From a virus: a stretch of DNA of 42,734 nt. The notes beneath the pieces were generated by a model. It ran no database searches. It was not told where the DNA came from and worked only from the letters and a program-made list of their open reading frames with translations. How positions within the stretch are numbered: the first letter of the stretch is position 1; each line of letters begins with the position of its first letter. This document shows positions 27,671 to 37,070 of the stretch, piece by piece. The position numbers were made by a program, and so were the translations under genes. Location of the stretch: the IMG/VR virus record IMGVR_UViG_3300005647_000006. The stretch is one strand, 5' to 3'.

Positions 27671-27755
27671 ATTTTAATCTCTAAAAAAAGTTTGATTGTT
27701 ATGAGTTATTTATTAACTTTAGAACCAAAAATTCAGAAATATCGGTTAAAAATGC

Positions 27756-27783
27756 AAAAACGGCGATATTATTAATATCGCCG
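27756..27783 (-). terminator. Rho-independent terminator after RNA ligase
   Basis: CGGCGATAT...ATATCGCCG-TTTTT. Confidence 0.8.
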
Positions 27784-27830
27784 CTAATGTCCAAAGGGAA
27801 CAGATATACTGAATTTTGTATATTTTGCGG

Positions 27831-28820
27831 TTATTCATCAGTTTCTTCCAGTACACCATACTTAAATGCTGGTGTTATAGTTTTAACATTCTTCTCTAAG
27901 ATTTGCTTGTAATCGACAGGTCGATCTAAGTACAAGTTCATCACCGCACCAAACGCATAACTTTCTACTTCTGCTTTGGCTTTAATTGCATAGTCCTTAC
28001 GCTCAAGATCTTTATTTATTTCATAGAATGATTCTACTGATGAAATAAGATCAGCTATGATTGGTTGAGCAAAATTCTCCATAGCGACTATAACATTAAT
28101 CGCATCTGGATTATCATGAAAGATACTTTTCAAATCATCACTGGCGTTTGCCACCACTGCCATGAACAATGCGTTCACGTTCTTAACAGTGTCTTTTAAT
28201 CGATGTTGAGTAACATACCATTCAGTCTTTCGCTTCATGCGAACATCATCTTCGAATACGTAAACGTATCCTTCGATACCAGTTTCACTCAATGCTAATT
28301 TATTAAATTCTTCTGGATCGGTAATTAGTGTTCGCTCAACCGAATTCAAGACCAGTATTTCGCGCATCTGTTTTTTGTATTCATCAGAACAATCACCAAC
28401 CAAACCTTCGTCATGACGATAATCAATGATTTGACCATCACTATTTCTTCGCACACCAAAAATTATTAATTGTGGTTTATCATAAGCCAATACAATTCTA
28501 GATTCTGGCTTAGTTGAATCGCACCACTCACCAACAATTGTGTATCCAGCATTATGATAATGTCGCATTGCTCTTTCCAAATCAGCATTTTCTGGCAATT
28601 GTAGATATGATTCTGCATCTTTAGCCATAATTGATTCTAATGCTGTTTTTGATTTTAATCGCATAGGACCATTATCAGAGTATGTGGCTATCATACTTCC
28701 GTCTGCTTTATTTTCTGCCCATTTAAACTTACTCCAATTTAATGGTTTAAGATGTGGAAAATAATCATACAATGATTCTAATCCATTTGCTTCAACTAAG
28801 TCATCGAATTCTTTTTTCAT
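27831..28820 (-). CDS. rnlA: T4 Rnl1-type RNA ligase, C-terminal fragment (catalytic motifs)
   Basis: KADGS (motif I), RIVLAY, IEGYV, KRKTEWYV, ASDDLK, RKDYA match T4 Rnl1. Confidence 0.9.
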   Translation of the reverse strand: MKKEFDDLVEANGLESLYDYFPHLKPLNWSKFKWAENKADGSMIATYSDNGPMRLKSKTALESIMAKDAESYLQLPENADLERAMRHYHNAGYTIVGEWCDSTKPESRIVLAYDKPQLIIFGVRRNSDGQIIDYRHDEGLVGDCSDEYKKQMREILVLNSVERTLITDPEEFNKLALSETGIEGYVYVFEDDVRMKRKTEWYVTQHRLKDTVKNVNALFMAVVANASDDLKSIFHDNPDAINVIVAMENFAQPIIADLISSVESFYEINKDLERKDYAIKAKAEVESYAFGAVMNLYLDRPVDYKQILEKNVKTITPAFKYGVLEETDE

Positions 28821-29673
28821 AGCGTTCTATTAAGTCCTGTAATGATCCATTTGATTTATTTCCCTTTGTTATATTTTTTCCTGCTGGGATAAATCGTAAA
28901 TTTATAATATTACCTATTATTTCGGGTGGTACATCTTCCATAAAACCTTCGTACATAGAAATTACGTGATCTAAATGATATGGATTTTCATCTTTGCCAA
29001 TAACTCCCCGCAATTCATGATTTTCTAAAGTATTAATTGGCTGTTTTCTAGTAATCAATTCAACTTGTCTTTTATATTCTAAATATTCATCTCGAAGTTC
29101 ATAAGGAACCATATTACCATTATTAATTCTTTTTTTAATTGCTTCTTCTGTCCAACCAGAATTATAATCTTCTCCATATATTCTAACTAAAGTTTTTCTT
29201 CTTTTTTTCTGGGCATTAGAATAATCAAAAGTGTGTTTCACATTATATCTAAACTCAATACCTCGCTTAATTCGTTCATGTGGTAATTGAGCAATAAATT
29301 CGACACCATATCGTTTTTTATTTGTATCCCTAACTACCATTTGCCATTCACTATGGTTTGCTCTACATTTTACTGAACAATAAGTTGAATATCCCAGACC
29401 ATATCTTTTAAATTTAACCATTTTTTCACAAACTGGACATAAAGGTAATATATCAACATCATTAATTATGACAAATAATCGTTCATCCAATCTAGCATCA
29501 TATGGAATAAATGATGTTTTTTCATATATATTAGTTCGCAACTCTACTAAATTATTTTTAATCCAAAATTTTTCTGTATAGATATATTTGTTTATTATTC
29601 CGCTTTTAAAAAATAGTTTATTTTTTATTTCTCTTTTTAAATCTGTTGAATACATCTTCTGATAATCTCCCAT
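28801..29673 (-). mobile_element. HNH homing endonuclease inserted in the RNA ligase gene
   Basis: CPVC...YCSVKC; KRYG repeats; YHLDH...NL.FIP..KN..K. Confidence 0.85.
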
Positions 29674-29971
29674 CTCTAACTAATGCTTCTGCTAGAGTAT
29701 TTATATCGTCGGACGCCTCGTAAACGTTAAAAAATTTAGGAAATGGTAATGATGCTAATGCAATAGGTTCTTCACCATTCATTTGAAACATGATGCCACG
29801 GCATTCTAATGCAGATGGAAGTAACCAATCAGAATATGATCCCATGTGATAGCTGAAAACTCGATAATGGTTTCCATCTCGTTCGTGATCTTTAAAGAAA
29901 AACATTTTCTTCTTTGATCCAGCGACCAGCGCCATCAAGTCAGAATATAGTGTTTGTTGATAATCGTTCAT
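29618..29971 (-). CDS. rnlA: T4 Rnl1-type RNA ligase, N-terminal fragment
   Basis: YRVFSY..SYSDWLLP.ALECRGIMF...KFFN..E matches the T4 Rnl1 N-terminus. Confidence 0.9.
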   Translation of the reverse strand: MNDYQQTLYSDLMALVAGSKKKMFFFKDHERDGNHYRVFSYHMGSYSDWLLPSALECRGIMFQMNGEEPIALASLPFPKFFNVYEASDDINTLAEALVRDGRLSEDVFNRFKKRNKK

Positions 29972-30053
29972 GTGGGTGCTCCCGATGTATATTCGGCAAT
30001 AATACAGGAGAAATTAATTATAATGTGGAACTACATCACACAAAAAATTAATT

Positions 30054-30590
30054 TTAGGGAGTGATTTTTTGAATCTTAATTGATTTTGGCTGTTTGATAC
30101 TCCACTTACTAAATGATATAAGTGCATCTGAATCACCATCTTGCTCTACAGAAACATCATACAAGTTACTCATTACATCAGTTGTGCTTTCAACAATAGA
30201 TTGAATATCTTCATCACGCACAATGTAGCTTTCGCTTATACCTTTATTAGTAACAGTAACTTCATAATCATTAAATTCAGTTGATTCTCGAAATGCATGA
30301 GAACTCATTCGCCAATCACCATCAATACCTCGAAACTTTAAAAGCTTTTCAGTTGCATAATGAATCAATTGGGTAAATTGATCCCATGCTTTTTTCATTG
30401 ATGGATCTGGAAGTTCTACATGTTCTACTTTAAATGCTTCTTTGACCAATTCCAATGCATTTGCATAGGTTCGTTCTAAGTCTTTAGCGCCTTTATGAAT
30501 GTGTTCTTCAAGTTCATGATAAACATCAGAAGGAAATTGTGTAAGATCAGTGGCTTCAGACATTGTGGTTAATTCTTTTAATATACTCAT
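30054..30590 (-). CDS. Putative internal head protein (MSILKEL leader)
   Basis: Leader identical to that of 32684..33037. Confidence 0.6.
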   Translation of the reverse strand: MSILKELTTMSEATDLTQFPSDVYHELEEHIHKGAKDLERTYANALELVKEAFKVEHVELPDPSMKKAWDQFTQLIHYATEKLLKFRGIDGDWRMSSHAFRESTEFNDYEVTVTNKGISESYIVRDEDIQSIVESTTDVMSNLYDVSVEQDGDSDALISFSKWSIKQPKSIKIQKITP

Positions 30591-30850
30591 TAGCCAGTAC
30601 TCTTAATGAAGGAATGAAATTTTCCTATGGCACCTTTAAGTGATGGAGCGGTATTAAATGCTCGATGAGAATTTGTAACATAAACGAAAGATCCATCTTT
30701 CTTTTTAGATTTCCAAACAGCAACTTCGTCGTTACCCCAAACACCATCTTTAGCTAAAACTTCAGAACGTTCTTCAGGTGTCAGTTCCACTTTATTCTTT
30801 TTAAGTGTTTTGAAATCCTGCCCTTCTTCTAAAATTTCTTCTAATAACAT
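30590..30850 (-). CDS. Putative internal head protein (MLLEEILEE leader)
   Basis: Acidic leader then basic domain. Confidence 0.6.
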   Translation of the reverse strand: MLLEEILEEGQDFKTLKKNKVELTPEERSEVLAKDGVWGNDEVAVWKSKKKDGSFVYVTNSHRAFNTAPSLKGAIGKFHSFIKSTG

Positions 30851-30863
30851 TTTATATCAAATT

Positions 30864-31853
30864 TTACTTACATTTATCGCATTTAATAGATGCTTTTTTA
30901 TCATTCCATTTTTGTTGATGATCAGCAGCTTTTTTGTTTAATGCAGACGCTACATCACGAGGTGCACCACGAGCTTGTGAGCGTAATTTCCAACCTAATG
31001 TAAAATCAGTATCTTCTTTTTGCTTAGCATCGCAATCAGCACAACCAGCTTCTTCTAGCTTATCTTCTTTCTTTTCTGCTTTTTTCTTTTCTACTTTTTT
31101 CTTATCTTTAGAATCGTCACGCTGTGCATTCCATTTTTCCCATTTTTCAGCATTAGAACCAGATTCTATGACTATTTCTAATCGCTCTTTGGCTTTTTCT
31201 GCAACTACATCATCCCAATCACTTGAGTGTCGATCTGCAATACCATGCTCATGCAGGTAAACTTCAGCATAGTGGATTGATCGATTAATCATATCAGCTT
31301 GTTCTTTAACTAAGAAATCTTCTGCTTCGGTAACAGCTTCTTTATTATCTGATTTAGCTTTAGCAGCTTTTGCTTTTAACATTGCATCGATTTGCTTACC
31401 ACGCTCACGAGCGGCAGCTTGATGATCATTTTTGTTGGCTTTTGTTTTAGTTTTATCCTTTTGAGTAAAAACTTCTTTTTTATCAACGGCTATTTCTTCT
31501 TTATCATTAGCTTTGTTATATACTGAAACAAGATCTGAATCTTTAGCATAATCAGTACGGACACCTTTTCCTTCAGTAACTACACTTTCATTAGTTTTTT
31601 GCTTAGTAGAGTCAGATTCTTCCATTTTATCTTGATCATAATATACTTTAGTCGGTTCCGCTTCTTTTTTAGAATAGGTTCTGTTAGCTTTAGACTTATT
31701 ATATTTTTCTATAGCTGCATCACGCTTTTTCTTTTCTTTTGGACTTAAATTAAGATCGTCTTTTGTTTCAGACAATAGGAAATCTTTAAATCCACCCGTA
31801 TTTGTAGTTGGGGATTCTTTTTTGACACTTTCTAATAATTTTTTAGAAACCAT
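30864..31853 (-). CDS. Highly charged putative internal head (poly)protein with C-terminal CxxC...CxxC module
   Basis: LLE, FKDFLLSE, VTE x2, LEE sites. Confidence 0.6.
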   Translation of the reverse strand: MVSKKLLESVKKESPTTNTGGFKDFLLSETKDDLNLSPKEKKKRDAAIEKYNKSKANRTYSKKEAEPTKVYYDQDKMEESDSTKQKTNESVVTEGKGVRTDYAKDSDLVSVYNKANDKEEIAVDKKEVFTQKDKTKTKANKNDHQAAARERGKQIDAMLKAKAAKAKSDNKEAVTEAEDFLVKEQADMINRSIHYAEVYLHEHGIADRHSSDWDDVVAEKAKERLEIVIESGSNAEKWEKWNAQRDDSKDKKKVEKKKAEKKEDKLEEAGCADCDAKQKEDTDFTLGWKLRSQARGAPRDVASALNKKAADHQQKWNDKKASIKCDKCK

Positions 31854-31878
31854 TATATTATTCTCGCTAAGTTTATAC

Positions 31879-31912
31879 CCAGAATGCCCAACATATAGCT
31901 GGGCATTTTTGG
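31879..31912. terminator. Intergenic stem-loop (terminator or processing site)
   Basis: AATGCCCA...TGGGCATT-TTT; U-tract on the + strand only. Confidence 0.5.
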
Positions 31913-31934
31913 TTATTATTGAAATTAAAAGCTA

Positions 31935-32642
31935 TTATTTAGCTGTTTCTTTCTTTTCGTCACGATTAACCTTTAAAGTCTTTCGTTTTGCAGTTGTCTC
32001 ATCTCGATCAGACATCTCTTTCTTAATGTCTCTAGCACGATTTGGCTCTTTAGCTGCTATTTTATCCATAGATTTTTTATGCGCTGCTTTATTTTCTTGC
32101 TTACGCTCAGCTTTTTCTGATGCTTTAGCTACAGACTTTTTAGCTGTCTTTTCATCTCTATAATCTTTACTAGCTTTTCGTTGACCTTGAGTATATGGAT
32201 CATTATCATCGAACTCTTTACGCTTAGCTTTAGCTTTAACTGGATCTTTCTCATCACCAACATGAGCTGCTTTAGCTGCTCGACGTTTTGCAGTTCTTTC
32301 TAGATAATCACCATCTTCTGCACCAGCAGCTCGACGTGCTTTTGCTTCAGGACTATCATAAGTGTCTTTAGACTTTTTAGCATCAGCCTTTTTCTTATCA
32401 TTTGTAGCTTTAGCTTTAGCAGACAATGGCTTTTGTTTAGAACCGACAGTACCATCACCATCTTCACCTTGAGCTTTTCCTACTTTTTTGCGGAAAGCTT
32501 CGCTTCGACGTTTGGCTGCATCACCAGCAGTTTCTTTTTCGTCGTCTTTATCTTTGTTCTTTGCATTAATTTTCCTGAGTTCAGCGTCATCTTTTTCAAG
32601 ATCGCGTTCTTCTTTTAGATTACGTATTTGATTGATTTTCAT
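31935..32642 (-). CDS. K/A/D/E-rich low-complexity putative internal head protein
   Basis: MKINQIRNLKEE leader; highly charged. Confidence 0.65.
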   Translation of the reverse strand: MKINQIRNLKEERDLEKDDAELRKINAKNKDKDDEKETAGDAAKRRSEAFRKKVGKAQGEDGDGTVGSKQKPLSAKAKATNDKKKADAKKSKDTYDSPEAKARRAAGAEDGDYLERTAKRRAAKAAHVGDEKDPVKAKAKRKEFDDNDPYTQGQRKASKDYRDEKTAKKSVAKASEKAERKQENKAAHKKSMDKIAAKEPNRARDIKKEMSDRDETTAKRKTLKVNRDEKKETAK

Positions 32643-32683
32643 AATTTAATATCCTGTACTGTTTAATAGTTTGGTTTAGGGTT

Positions 32684-33037
32684 TTATTTTCTTTTAAGAA
32701 TCCACATTTTTCGGCCCATATGGTACTTCAATTTTTGGATTCGATAATCTCCACTCTTAACCAGTGAATCAACAATGCCAGAAACAGTCCTACGTTCGTG
32801 TCCATCTTTAGCATGAAGCGTTACGGTTTTTCGTGTATTTTTATTAAACTTGTTAAAATCACTCAATGCTATAACCGAAGCATTCTGAACAAGCTCTCTA
32901 TTTGAATTGAAAAATTTATTAAATCGAGCACTGTTTTTAGCTTCGCCAAGAATTTCAGCCACAGCATCATCAATACATTCCATTAAAGGAATTTCCGTAT
33001 CGTTTTTCCGCTCGTTCAATTCTTTCAGTATCGACAT
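32684..33037 (-). CDS. Putative internal head protein (MSILKELNE leader)
   Basis: Acidic leader to ILGE, basic C-domain; late promoter at 33064. Confidence 0.6.
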   Translation of the reverse strand: MSILKELNERKNDTEIPLMECIDDAVAEILGEAKNSARFNKFFNSNRELVQNASVIALSDFNKFNKNTRKTVTLHAKDGHERRTVSGIVDSLVKSGDYRIQKLKYHMGRKMWILKRK

Positions 33038-33105
33038 TAATCTTTTCCAGCAAATGATACATCTATTTAGTATAGATAAACATCATTGTGCTAAAAAATA
33101 TTAAT
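33036..33105 (-). promoter_or_regulatory. Long start-codon-sequestering hairpin with late promoter CTAAATA at its apex
   Basis: Nested pairs AUUAAU, UUUUUU/GGAAAA, AGCA, AAUGAU, AUCUAU. Confidence 0.75.
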
Positions 33106-33115
33106 TTAAGGGATT

Positions 33116-33448
33116 TTACTCCAGAATAGGAGTTGCTTCGTTAGCCTTTTCTTCTAAAGCTTCACTTATTAACTGATAATCATTAAGTGCATCTTCCAAT
33201 TCCTTAGAATATCCTAGAAGTTGGATTATAGTAGCTTTATAATATTGAGCTATAGTACCAGCATCTTTCTTCTGAGCTTCTGTCATCTCATGGATTGCTA
33301 GCACTGGTCGCACGATAACTGGTGGTTTAGGTGAATATAGTACGGGAACCTTGACTTCTATTGTTTCAGTTACGATACGCTGCTTACCAAACACACCACA
33401 TCCTGTGAGAATTGGAGTAATTAATAATAGTACAAAAATTAATTTCAT
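33116..33448 (-). CDS. o-spanin-like lipoprotein
   Basis: Lipobox LTGC; Pro-rich EVKVPV...PPVIVRP; overlaps i-spanin stop. Confidence 0.8.
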   Translation of the reverse strand: MKLIFVLLLITPILTGCGVFGKQRIVTETIEVKVPVLYSPKPPVIVRPVLAIHEMTEAQKKDAGTIAQYYKATIIQLLGYSKELEDALNDYQLISEALEEKANEATPILE

Positions 33449-33924
33449 TCGAACAAATCTCCATCGATTAGATCATCTGTATAATTAAGTTCTGGAATTG
33501 CATCTCTTAAATATTCAAATGCTGCTGAACACGAAGTAGGAGTATCTTCACGTATAACTTCTCTAACTGTAGTATCTGTGTTGATACGAGCTACAATTAA
33601 ATCCATCTGCAATAAATCAGATTGCTTTTCTAGACTTTTTGATAGTATACGCCATCCCGTTATTTGATCGTTAGTTTTTTCGATAGATTCTCGTAATGTA
33701 CTGTTTGCTTGGAGTGCAAGATCTACTTTGAGTTCGGCATCTACAATTTCTGCCTGTAGATATGGAATAGTATCAGCCCAGAATACCCAGCGAGTGTTTG
33801 AAATGTTTTGATAAACAACAATAACCATCAATGCAACAATTAATAATTCGCGCCATCTAGTTCCGACAACTTTAAGAATCGGTCCTAGTTGAGACATTAT
33901 TATTTTAGTTACCATTGCGTACAT
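33445..33924 (-). CDS. i-spanin-like protein
   Basis: N-terminal TM, coiled coil, C-terminal P.SC..A..YL. Confidence 0.78.
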   Translation of the reverse strand: MYAMVTKIIMSQLGPILKVVGTRWRELLIVALMVIVVYQNISNTRWVFWADTIPYLQAEIVDAELKVDLALQANSTLRESIEKTNDQITGWRILSKSLEKQSDLLQMDLIVARINTDTTVREVIREDTPTSCSAAFEYLRDAIPELNYTDDLIDGDLFE

Positions 33925-33925
33925 A

Positions 33926-34147
33926 TTAATACCTACCAGTTAAACTATCCAGTGCGCGTGTTAATTTTGCAGTAGATTGTTTTTGATTAGAATCCAATCG
34001 TTTAGTTTCACGTTGGAGTTTATTGCAGGTATTTAGGAGACTTTTGTTTTGGGCGAGAAGCTGAGTTACAACCTTTTCTAATTTATCATTGCGAGCAATT
34101 AATTTCTCGATAGCCTTTTGTTCAGCCGTTTTTTCTTCCTTTGCCAT
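33926..34147 (-). CDS. Small coiled-coil protein
   Basis: Heptad pattern; GAGG RBS. Confidence 0.75.
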   Translation of the reverse strand: MAKEEKTAEQKAIEKLIARNDKLEKVVTQLLAQNKSLLNTCNKLQRETKRLDSNQKQSTAKLTRALDSLTGRY

Positions 34148-34322
34148 TGATCATCGCCTCTCTTAACTTATCGTGTATGTTATTTAGAGCCTTTTTGTTA
34201 TTAGCACAATTGCATGGTTTGCCAGTCACAGCAGTATATGCTGTTGCTAACCTATCCAATCTAGCGGCTCTGAGAGCGTCGGAAGTTAAATCGCCTAGTT
34301 TACGTTCTGTTTTTTCTGCCAT
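34122..34322 (-). CDS. Small late protein with CxC motif
   Basis: LGD.......LD.LA......GKPCNC; CATAAATA 6 nt before ATG. Confidence 0.75.
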   Translation of the reverse strand: MAEKTERKLGDLTSDALRAARLDRLATAYTAVTGKPCNCANNKKALNNIHDKLREAMINGKGRKNG

Positions 34323-34345
34323 AATTAATATTTATGGCGATCAAA

Positions 34346-34660
34346 TTATTGTTCTAGGAGATTTTTTATCTCAGATTCTGACAATTGACTGCATCCACGA
34401 TGGTCGCCTACAACCTCACCATTCTTATAAACGATAAGAGTTGGTATTGTTTTAACTTTATTCCGCATCGATGCTTCAAAATTATGTTCAACATCCACTT
34501 TAACAATTTTTCCAGAAGTAATACTTCCACTAACATTTTCCAATTTAGGCATCAATCGTTTGCATGGTGCGCAAGAGTTAGAATAATAATCTACAACTAC
34601 AATCCCTTTACTATTCAAAACTTCTGTCTCAAACGTACTATCATTGACTTCTAATAACAT
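34346..34660 (-). CDS. trxA: Thioredoxin
   Basis: VVVDYYSNSCAPCK, KVDVE, IPTLIVYKNG. Confidence 0.9.
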   Translation of the reverse strand: MLLEVNDSTFETEVLNSKGIVVVDYYSNSCAPCKRLMPKLENVSGSITSGKIVKVDVEHNFEASMRNKVKTIPTLIVYKNGEVVGDHRGCSQLSESEIKNLLEQ

Positions 34661-34758
34661 CTAGGCTGCTCTCCAAATTGAGTGAATATTATACCTCAAC
34701 AGGATAGTCGAAGTATACAATTTTATTTCTTCAATAAAATCTATACTTCTATTTAGAA

Positions 34759-35355
34759 TCAAATTCTAAAACTTTGAGAATTAAACCACGCATCTAATTG
34801 ATTTGGAGAATAGTCAACGTATCTTAATTTTATTCCAGCCTCTCTGAACATTTTTTTGGTACATATAAAACTTTCTTCCCAATAACTTCCGTCTTTTCCA
34901 GAACTAGTTTCGTAAAGTGATTGACCATTTTTATGAACAATTACTTCAGTGATTCCATGTTGAATAATTATACCAGCGCAAGTATTACATGGTGTTAAAT
35001 TAACGTATATAGATGCATCGATTAATGACATTCCATTTCGTCCAGCATTCGACATTGCATTAACTTCTGCATGAATCATCCATTTATATTTTTCTGGAGA
35101 TTCTAATATCTCTGGCCTTGCGCTTACGCCTCTAGGAAAGCCATTATAGCCAATTGTTTTAATTGTCATGTCTTTACCAACAACCACAGAACCAATCTTA
35201 GTACGAGGATCGTGCGATTTTGCAGCTATGGTGTAGCACATACTAATATATGTTTGATCCCATGATGGTCGCTTAGGAGGCTTTGGTGGATGATCTTTAA
35301 GATTTTTAACCACTTTAATACTAGGATCAATCGGACTAACGTTATTCTTTTTCAT
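34759..35355 (-). CDS. dCMP deaminase
   Basis: RPSWD, S.DP.TK.G, GYNGFPRG, HAE.NA, PCxxCA. Confidence 0.92.
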   Translation of the reverse strand: MKKNNVSPIDPSIKVVKNLKDHPPKPPKRPSWDQTYISMCYTIAAKSHDPRTKIGSVVVGKDMTIKTIGYNGFPRGVSARPEILESPEKYKWMIHAEVNAMSNAGRNGMSLIDASIYVNLTPCNTCAGIIIQHGITEVIVHKNGQSLYETSSGKDGSYWEESFICTKKMFREAGIKLRYVDYSPNQLDAWFNSQSFRI

Positions 35356-35769
35356 TTAAGTAGCTCCTGTTATTCGATTATATATTTCCGTATCTCTATT
35401 GTCTTTGAACGTATCTGATTGACATTTAAGACAATTTACTACTAACCAATTAACATCCTTTGATTTTATACCCCAAATACCATCAGTGCTTGAACATTCC
35501 ATACACACAGTTGATGATTTTTGTTCGTATCGGCGCATTACATCTATAGCAGTTTTTAATGGATTTTTATTTTTTATATATTCAACATATATTACTAATA
35601 CACCAAATTTTTCTTTAATTAATGTTAGTTTATAATCTTCATCCACAGCAACTAATTCTGTATGTAATTCTTCAACCAATGATTTCCATCCTACAGGAAT
35701 GTGTGATGAATATTTTTCATCTAAATGTTTTTTCATTTCTTCTGGTATGTTTATGTGCTGTTCTTTCAT
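35356..35769 (-). CDS. Conserved-type phage hypothetical protein (GW...IKEKFG.L..Y...CxxC...CxxC)
   Basis: Motif recalled from a widespread phage family. Confidence 0.8.
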   Translation of the reverse strand: MKEQHINIPEEMKKHLDEKYSSHIPVGWKSLVEELHTELVAVDEDYKLTLIKEKFGVLVIYVEYIKNKNPLKTAIDVMRRYEQKSSTVCMECSSTDGIWGIKSKDVNWLVVNCLKCQSDTFKDNRDTEIYNRITGAT

Positions 35770-37031
35770 TTCAAATTCTCCACCAAATCATCTATTGATT
35801 CTATGTGAGCTAAACATAAATGCTGTAATTCTGCAAATGTTCTAGGTTCCTGTGTTGGTATATCTGCGGGAGATATCTCAGATTCATAGAAATGGTTTAT
35901 GTGATTTACTTGTGAATCATGATTTAATCTTCCAATGTGAATTTTTTGATCTAATCTGCCGGGTCGAATTAATGCACCATCCAAATCATCTGGATTTTTA
36001 TTTGTAGTAGCTACAACAATACATCCATTGAAATCAATAATACCATCAAGTACATTTAAAAATTGTTGCATTGTTGATTCATCTTTCTTTTTTGGTTCTT
36101 CGGCTGTCTCTGATTTTTTATTGCCAGCACCCCTTCGTTTCTTTCCGATAGATGTAAAATCTATATCTTCAATTACAATTATAGAGTTTGGTTTTATCTG
36201 GTGCATCAATTGAGAAAAATTAGAAATTGATTCTGCTTTTAAAGAATACAAATTCAAACTATGTTTGTAGGAGAGATGTGAAATAATTGAAGTCTTCCCA
36301 GTACCCGGCTCTCCATACAATAAATAACCTCTTTTGAATGGAACATTTCTTTTCTTATATAGTTCCTTCTTCTCCAAAAAGTTTTTAATATCATTTAAAA
36401 AATAATTGGCTTGCTCACCCACTGGTGGATATACCTTCTTAGGCATTCCCAAATTGCGCCACCATTGTGAATATGAATCTGATGTATCATAGACAAACGG
36501 GCCATCATCATCTTCTAAATGAGAAATTGCGCTGAAAAATTTAAGAATATTTAATGCTGAAAAAGAAAAGAATCTAACGTACAGTGATTCTGTCTGTGCA
36601 TAGACTTGCTTGTTTTCAATTTTCTGTCTTGATATAGACATTAGTTTATATTTTGGATGGAACATCCATATAGTACCGTAGCCTGCAACTAACTTATTAA
36701 CTTTCTTTTCTTTAGTAACTGATGTTTCATAATCATCATGAGCAGTTTCAGTTTCACCACGAGGTGTTATTATTTTATAGGTGCGTTGAAATCTAGTATA
36801 CTGTTGATTTTGTTCAATCCAGATATTAATTTTATTATAATCAGGATCTGCAACATAGACTTCAAGTTCTCTTACAATCATATTGTAAAGAGATTTTTGA
36901 AAACCATTCAGTACTGGTGCTATGAAACCCCAAATAAAATGAAATGCAGTAGATAATGCTGCAAGGCCAATGAGAGAGGCTGACATCTCCCCTAAGCCCA
37001 TACTGTCTAAATATGATGCAAATTGTTCCAT
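35766..37031 (-). CDS. BCS1-like membrane-anchored AAA+ ATPase
   Basis: N-terminal TM; PFKRGYLLYGEPGTGKTS, IVIEDID, LNVLDG, TTN...LD.ALIRPGRLD. Confidence 0.9.
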   Translation of the reverse strand: MEQFASYLDSMGLGEMSASLIGLAALSTAFHFIWGFIAPVLNGFQKSLYNMIVRELEVYVADPDYNKINIWIEQNQQYTRFQRTYKIITPRGETETAHDDYETSVTKEKKVNKLVAGYGTIWMFHPKYKLMSISRQKIENKQVYAQTESLYVRFFSFSALNILKFFSAISHLEDDDGPFVYDTSDSYSQWWRNLGMPKKVYPPVGEQANYFLNDIKNFLEKKELYKKRNVPFKRGYLLYGEPGTGKTSIISHLSYKHSLNLYSLKAESISNFSQLMHQIKPNSIIVIEDIDFTSIGKKRRGAGNKKSETAEEPKKKDESTMQQFLNVLDGIIDFNGCIVVATTNKNPDDLDGALIRPGRLDQKIHIGRLNHDSQVNHINHFYESEISPADIPTQEPRTFAELQHLCLAHIESIDDLVENLK

Positions 37032-37070
37032 GATATAATTATTAATTAATGAGAAATAATTATATCATGG
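37028..37070 (-). promoter_or_regulatory. Extended -10 promoter (TGATATAAT) in a perfect 16-bp inverted repeat covering the ATG
   Basis: CCATGATATAATTATT / AATAATTATATCATGG. Confidence 0.75.

Noticed and set aside
28801-29673. Group I intron or split intein in the RNA ligase
   Set aside because: No non-coding space for a ribozyme core and no intein terminal motifs.
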